Positions 16,046 through 20,000 of a stretch of 20,000 nt of DNA are shown in pieces. The position numbers and the translations under genes are program-made. The DNA comes from an uncultured virus (IMG/VR IMGVR_UViG_3300006621_000005). Its lineage: Duplodnaviria > Heunggongvirae > Uroviricota > Caudoviricetes. The first letter of the stretch is position 1, and each line of letters opens with the position of its first letter. The DNA lies in IMG/VR virus record IMGVR_UViG_3300006621_000005; one strand, written 5' to 3'. Under the pieces are notes generated by a model. The model ran no database searches. It was given only the letters and a program-made list of their open reading frames with translations, and was not told where the DNA came from.

Positions 16046-16724
16046 AATTGTAGTTATCGGAGATATTCATGGACACGATTCATGGAAGCGAATCATGCAA
16101 GCCAATGGTGATGCAACTGAATTCGTTTTTATTGGTGACTACTTTGACTCGTTCTCTGTTTCACATGCTGAGCAGATCTTTAATTTTAAAGAGATTATTA
16201 AGTGGAAAGAAGCGTCAAAGATTAAAGTTACCATGCTAATTGGTAACCATGACTTTCACTATATGTCAGAATGTGGCGGTAGATATGGTGGCTACAGTTA
16301 TATGTTTGCACCTGAGATTGCTCAACTGTTACGAGAAAATAAAAACCACTTGCAAGTCGCATATTCATTTGGTAGATACTTGTTTTCACATGCAGGTATT
16401 TCTAAAGAATGGTATGAGTCTGTGTTTCCAGATAATAATAGATTGGGTGATGTTGCAGATCAAGTTAATGAGTTATGGAAATGGGATAAAAGACCATTTA
16501 ATCATAGCGGTTTGAATATCTATGGTGACGCTCCGGAAGAAGGGCCAATGTGGATTCGACCTAGGGCTCTAAGAAGTTCACCTCTTCATGATAGTTGGAT
16601 TCAAATTGTTGGACATACTCACATGCAGGTAATTGACTATGATGATAATCATTACTTTGTCGATGCTCTTCCGTATGAGTACATGACAATTGAGAATGGA
16701 GTTCCATTTATTCATAGTCTATAG
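16035..16724 (+). CDS. Calcineurin-like metallophosphoesterase
   Basis: Complete motif set GDIHG, GDYFD, GNHD, SHAG, GHTH. Confidence 0.92.
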   Translation: MMSKIVVIGDIHGHDSWKRIMQANGDATEFVFIGDYFDSFSVSHAEQIFNFKEIIKWKEASKIKVTMLIGNHDFHYMSECGGRYGGYSYMFAPEIAQLLRENKNHLQVAYSFGRYLFSHAGISKEWYESVFPDNNRLGDVADQVNELWKWDKRPFNHSGLNIYGDAPEEGPMWIRPRALRSSPLHDSWIQIVGHTHMQVIDYDDNHYFVDALPYEYMTIENGVPFIHSL

Positions 16725-16751
16725 AAACAAATCATTATTCTTAAGTATAAC
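16724..16751 (+). promoter_or_regulatory. GAAAC-N17-TATAAC putative promoter
   Basis: Same bipartite motif; 22 nt upstream of the ATG at 16774. Confidence 0.6.
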
Positions 16752-16773
16752 TAGATAATACCAATAGAATTAT

Positions 16774-17457
16774 ATGGCTATTTTTAAATGGGGTTGGATG
16801 GATGAATTTACCAATCTAGCTAAAATGCATAAAAACTCTTTAGTTCAAGAGATCTTTATCGATAAATGCTATGAACAGATTAGAGAGGTAAAAGCCGATG
16901 ACGTGGTTCTAGATATAGGAGCAAGTATTGGTCCATTTACATATAGTATTCTTAATAAAAATCCAAAACAAGTTATTTGTGTAGAGCCTTCTCATTTAGA
17001 ACATGAGACTCTAAAGGAAAATGTAGACCAAGATAATGTAACTATTATTGAAAAGGGTATCGGGCCAGTAGACGGTACTATTACTATTAGTGAAGTATTT
17101 GGTGCTAATGGACAAAATATAGAAATACCATCTATTAGGTTCGATACCCTAATAAAAGAAAATAATATTGATAGAATTAACTTCTTAAAAACAGATTGTG
17201 AAGGAGGAGAATATGATATTTTTAACGTCGAGAATTTATTTTGGATAAAAGATAATGTAGATTTTGTAGTCGGTGAGTGGCATTTAAATACACCAGAGAC
17301 TAAAGAAAAATTTAGACAGTTTAGAGATTTATATCTTAAACTTTTCACTAACCATGAAGTTTATGCAATAGACGGTACAGATATTAAATGGAATCTATGG
17401 AACGAACGTTTCTTAGAATATTACAATGAAGTTATTGTCCATATTAATATTAATTAG
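16774..17457 (+). CDS. FkbM-family SAM-dependent methyltransferase
   Basis: VLDIGASIG (motif I), VEP, FLKTDCEGGEYDI (FkbM KxDxEGxE signature). Confidence 0.88.
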   Translation: MAIFKWGWMDEFTNLAKMHKNSLVQEIFIDKCYEQIREVKADDVVLDIGASIGPFTYSILNKNPKQVICVEPSHLEHETLKENVDQDNVTIIEKGIGPVDGTITISEVFGANGQNIEIPSIRFDTLIKENNIDRINFLKTDCEGGEYDIFNVENLFWIKDNVDFVVGEWHLNTPETKEKFRQFRDLYLKLFTNHEVYAIDGTDIKWNLWNERFLEYYNEVIVHININ

Positions 17458-17458
17458 T

Positions 17459-17486
17459 GAAACAAACTAGCATTCTTCTCTATAAT
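17459..17486 (+). promoter_or_regulatory. GAAAC-N17-TATAAT putative promoter for the DNA-modification cluster
   Basis: Same bipartite motif; 24 nt upstream of the ATG at 17511. Confidence 0.6.
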
Positions 17487-17510
17487 AATTAAGATTTAAT
17501 TAGTTATTTT

Positions 17511-17846
17511 ATGAGCAAGAACATTCTAAAAACAGCAGACGAAATTATTAACAACAGATCCGAAGAGAAAGAACGTATGTACGGTCCTTTCGAAGAAGGC
17601 ATGAGACGTGCCGCGATGATCTGTTCAGGAATGACCGGCAAAGAATGGTCAGGTTCCGATATGTATGCAGCGCTTGTCGCACTTAAATTAAGCAGACATT
17701 CTTACAACTATAAAGAAGATAATCTTCTAGACGCTGTCGCATATATCGGTGGCCTTGATAATTATATTAAGAAGTATGGCTATGGTGAAACTGAAAAGCC
17801 AATTAATTTAACTGACGCAGACGCTGGATATGGAGACAAACAATAA
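17511..17846 (+). CDS. DUF6378-like all-alpha protein (predicted MazG-like nucleotide pyrophosphohydrolase)
   Basis: NIL..A.EII..R....YG.F.....R.A.I.S...G......D.....V.LKLSR......EDNLLD...Y pattern characteristic of DUF6378. Confidence 0.7.
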   Translation: MSKNILKTADEIINNRSEEKERMYGPFEEGMRRAAMICSGMTGKEWSGSDMYAALVALKLSRHSYNYKEDNLLDAVAYIGGLDNYIKKYGYGETEKPINLTDADAGYGDKQ

Positions 17847-18906
17847 CCTAGTCTATTTTACAGATCTAGAGAAAGATACTAATATACGTGTCGGTATTTC
17901 TGCACTAGTTGGAAAACTTAGTAGCAAACTAACTTCACATAAATCTGGATGGGCATTCCATCTAGCAAATCAATTAAAACATGCTGGTTACTCCAGTGTT
18001 TCTGTAATTACAGATAACTCAGCTTGGAAGGCAGACGATTTCGACGTGATTCTTATTGAACATGGTATGGAATTCAAAGGCAATTTCAATATCTTCGGTG
18101 GGGCGAACGATGACTTATACCATCAAATCATTAGAATGTTCGCTCCCGGTATACGGATGTATTCGCTCCACCATGATATGCCTTGTGTAGGTACTCTAAT
18201 TGAGAAGCGTTTAAAGACAGGTTCAGATCTTTTTAAAACCCTTGAGGTGCAAATAGAAGACGCTAAGGCAATCTGCGCTAGTATTCCCAAAGTAGATAAA
18301 ATCCAAAATACAACATCACTTTGTTTTGGAGACTCGCATAGTTTCAGTCAATACACTCCAGGTTATATGACTGATCGCCACGATGGACTAACTCTATTCG
18401 GTACATTAAGAAGAGGTATTCGATCTTATGTACCAGAAAACATTGAGGCACTACGCATCTATCTAGGGAATATAGATATAAGACACCATCTTATGAGACA
18501 GGATAATCCTGCTAAATCTCTAAAAGAAATGGTATCAAATTATGAACAACAATTAATCGATTTAGAAATTGATGATATTGAAGTTATTCAGGCTCTTCCA
18601 ATTGAGAATGAGTCTAGACCTCTACCAAAGACCGGTTACTATAAAGGCACTCCTTTTGCTGGTAGTTGGGCAGAGAGAACTGAACTTGTAAAAGAATTTA
18701 ACAAGTTAGTAGAAGCAATGTGCGAGAGAAATGGATGGTCAACATGGCAACACCCAACAGTCTTTTTAAACTCTTTTGGAGAGTTAACATTCGACGTAAT
18801 GGAGAAGCCTAAGTCAGTTCATATTGCTCGCGAGTATTATCGTTGGGATTTAGCAAAAGATGAACCCAATCAGAAATTAAAGCCAGTCACTCAAGCACTT
18901 TTTTAA
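17830..18906 (+). CDS. Two-domain protein: BGT-like N-domain + SGNH-fold C-domain, putative DNA-modification enzyme
   Basis: The C-half has SGNH-like blocks CFGDSHS (18328), DG, YLGNID (18466) and KSVH (18814). The N-half has DFDVILI...NIFGG...MYSLHHD, resembling T4 BGT DYDRLIV...NFFGG...IYYLFTD (from memory). Confidence 0.55.
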   Translation: METNNNLVYFTDLEKDTNIRVGISALVGKLSSKLTSHKSGWAFHLANQLKHAGYSSVSVITDNSAWKADDFDVILIEHGMEFKGNFNIFGGANDDLYHQIIRMFAPGIRMYSLHHDMPCVGTLIEKRLKTGSDLFKTLEVQIEDAKAICASIPKVDKIQNTTSLCFGDSHSFSQYTPGYMTDRHDGLTLFGTLRRGIRSYVPENIEALRIYLGNIDIRHHLMRQDNPAKSLKEMVSNYEQQLIDLEIDDIEVIQALPIENESRPLPKTGYYKGTPFAGSWAERTELVKEFNKLVEAMCERNGWSTWQHPTVFLNSFGELTFDVMEKPKSVHIAREYYRWDLAKDEPNQKLKPVTQALF

Positions 18907-18910
18907 AAAA

Positions 18911-19075
18911 ATGAAAAAGCTTTGGAAGTACTGGGCAAGAGCGCTTGGTGAAAAGGTCGGAGAAGACGATAAAAAGGCAGACGCTGTTGCGATATTTAGA
19001 ACACTTATTATTTTACAAGCTGTAATTTGTAACGTATTAATTGTTTGGAATATCTTAAGAAAATGGAATAATTAA
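18911..19075 (+). CDS. Small membrane protein of a family common in aquatic T4-like phages (54 aa)
   Basis: Hand translation MKKLWKYWARALGEKVGEDDKKADAVAIFRTLIILQAVICNVLIVWNILRKWNN; WxxWAxALGEK...AD..A..RT + hydrophobic helix pattern. Confidence 0.7.
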   Translation: MKKLWKYWARALGEKVGEDDKKADAVAIFRTLIILQAVICNVLIVWNILRKWNN

Positions 19076-19080
19076 ATAAT

Positions 19081-19257
19081 ATGGACATAAATCAAATTAA
19101 AGACAGTGTAGAAATTGCACATAATAGCCTAAAAGTTTACGGAGATGAGAATATCTCTGATAGCTTATTGAAGCATAATCTTAACCACCTCTTATCGGCA
19201 GCTGCTGCAATAGCATCTGAATTAAATGTGAGAGAGGTACTTGGTAATCAAATATGA
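19081..19257 (+). CDS. Hypothetical protein (58 aa)
   Basis: MDINQIKDSVEIAHNSLKVYGDENISDSLLKHNLNHLLSAAAAIASELNVREVLGNQI; tightly packed, with an ATGA overlap into the next gene. Confidence 0.55.
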   Translation: MDINQIKDSVEIAHNSLKVYGDENISDSLLKHNLNHLLSAAAAIASELNVREVLGNQI

Positions 19258-19427
19258 AAACATACAAAATAGAAATAACACCATTAACAGAGACCATGGG
19301 CAGAGAGGATGCTCCATATAATATTGAGTTAACAACAGATAATATTGAATGGTCGATGGAACAATACCAAAGAAACCGAGCAGCTTTCAATTGGGAAATA
19401 CTAGAAGTGAATGAGTACAGCGTGTAA
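19254..19427 (+). CDS. Hypothetical protein (57 aa)
   Basis: MKTYKIEITPLTETMGREDAPYNIELTTDNIEWSMEQYQRNRAAFNWEILEVNEYSV; coupled overlaps at both ends. Confidence 0.6.
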   Translation: MKTYKIEITPLTETMGREDAPYNIELTTDNIEWSMEQYQRNRAAFNWEILEVNEYSV

Positions 19428-20000
19428 AATTAAGACTACGAAATACTATGATGAGTTTATCAGGTATTATGAGTTAGCCTTAGACCAGCAGAAAAAGAGT
19501 AACCTAGGCCATATTGCACATGCCGAATCCGGTATGGATGATCCGTTGATGGAGCAAATTGAGCTGTATGATGTGGTTGAAAGGAAGTATGCTGGGTTTA
19601 GTCAAATCGTGAATGATGTTTTTTACGGTTGGACTGAAGCACATCCGTATTGGTCAAGAATGCAAGCAGGTCTATACACGGAACAGCGCAAAGATGTCGC
19701 TACCAACTGGACTGGAAAACAAGAAGTCTTCGGCCTACCTGAATGGCTCTACATATTCATATTGCATAGAGTATGTGGATCTGCAATTAACTATGCTACT
19801 AAGCCTAGCGGCTATCACAACACGCTACTATTCGACTTGTGGCAATCTGATTCTATAGAACAAATGTGTGAGCAAGTTAAGGCAGCAACCAAGTCATTTT
19901 ACACTTCTGTTGGGTATCAATTCCCAGCATTCCCAAAACCCCCGATTCCACAGCAAAACGAGGAAGTCTTTGTTGGGATGACGGGGTTCGAAGGCCCTCA
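19411..20000 (+). CDS. Putative DNA base-hypermodification enzyme (aGPT-Pplase/amino acid:DNA transferase-like), 5' part; runs off the right edge
   Basis: Not in the track; open for 196 codons: MSTACKIKTTKYYDEFIRYY...DDPLMEQIELYDVVERKYAGFS...EWLYIFILHRVCGS...SGYHNT...YTSVGYQFPAFPKP. The DPL...Y..V.R segment and helix-HR motif recall aGPT-Pplase clade 1; the DUF6378 context is consistent. The ORF is secure; the product call is tentative. Confidence 0.5.
   Translation, partial: MSTACKIKTTKYYDEFIRYYELALDQQKKSNLGHIAHAESGMDDPLMEQIELYDVVERKYAGFSQIVNDVFYGWTEAHPYWSRMQAGLYTEQRKDVATNWTGKQEVFGLPEWLYIFILHRVCGSAINYATKPSGYHNTLLFDLWQSDSIEQMCEQVKAATKSFYTSVGYQFPAFPKPPIPQQNEEVFVGMTGFEGP

Noticed and set aside
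19613..19858. 81-aa plus-strand ORF in the track
   Set aside because: It lies out of frame inside the longer 19411->20000 ORF, which has protein-like conserved motifs. The same reasoning applies to 4750-5151, 12452-12637 and 16240-16515, and 319-510 is antisense to the real minus-strand genes.
1..20000. Stop-codon reassignment, inteins/introns, tRNA or rRNA genes
   Set aside because: Genes are full length and tightly packed under code 11, with TAA, TAG and TGA all used as stops; primase and UvsW are of normal size; no intergenic gap shows a cloverleaf or rRNA-like sequence.

Overview
This is a 20 kb segment of a large, AT-rich T4-like (myovirus/jumbo-type) phage genome, most likely infecting marine Bacteroidota (Flavobacteriia). 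The host call rests on the absence of Shine-Dalgarno motifs, a TAnnTTTG-like promoter box and a flavobacterial-type GH17 gene. Layout, left to right: (1) a leftward unit of two small genes plus the 5' part of a GH17 laminarinase-like gene with no signal peptide; (2) a T4-type replication/recombination block (gp32 SSB, gp61 primase, UvsY, UvsW); (3) a ~10.4 kb block (5385-15810) of probable capsid-internal, injected proteins carrying T4-like capsid-targeting peptides and hydrophobic-x-Glu prohead-protease-type sites, including two RNA-ligase-fold proteins, a HIGH-type nucleotidyltransferase domain and several apparent polyproteins whose ~80-140 aa modules are separated by a nucleotide-conserved 18-bp repeat encoding ESVV(T/N)E; (4) an ArfA-like peptide, a metallophosphoesterase and an FkbM methyltransferase; (5) the start of a probable DNA base-hypermodification locus (DUF6378, a protein that looks like a T4 beta-glucosyltransferase N-domain fused to an SGNH domain, and an aGPT-Pplase-like gene). 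Three promoter-motif classes can be seen. Two apparent frameshifts coincide with NN assembly gaps and are artefacts. All family assignments come from motif recognition by eye; no searches were run.
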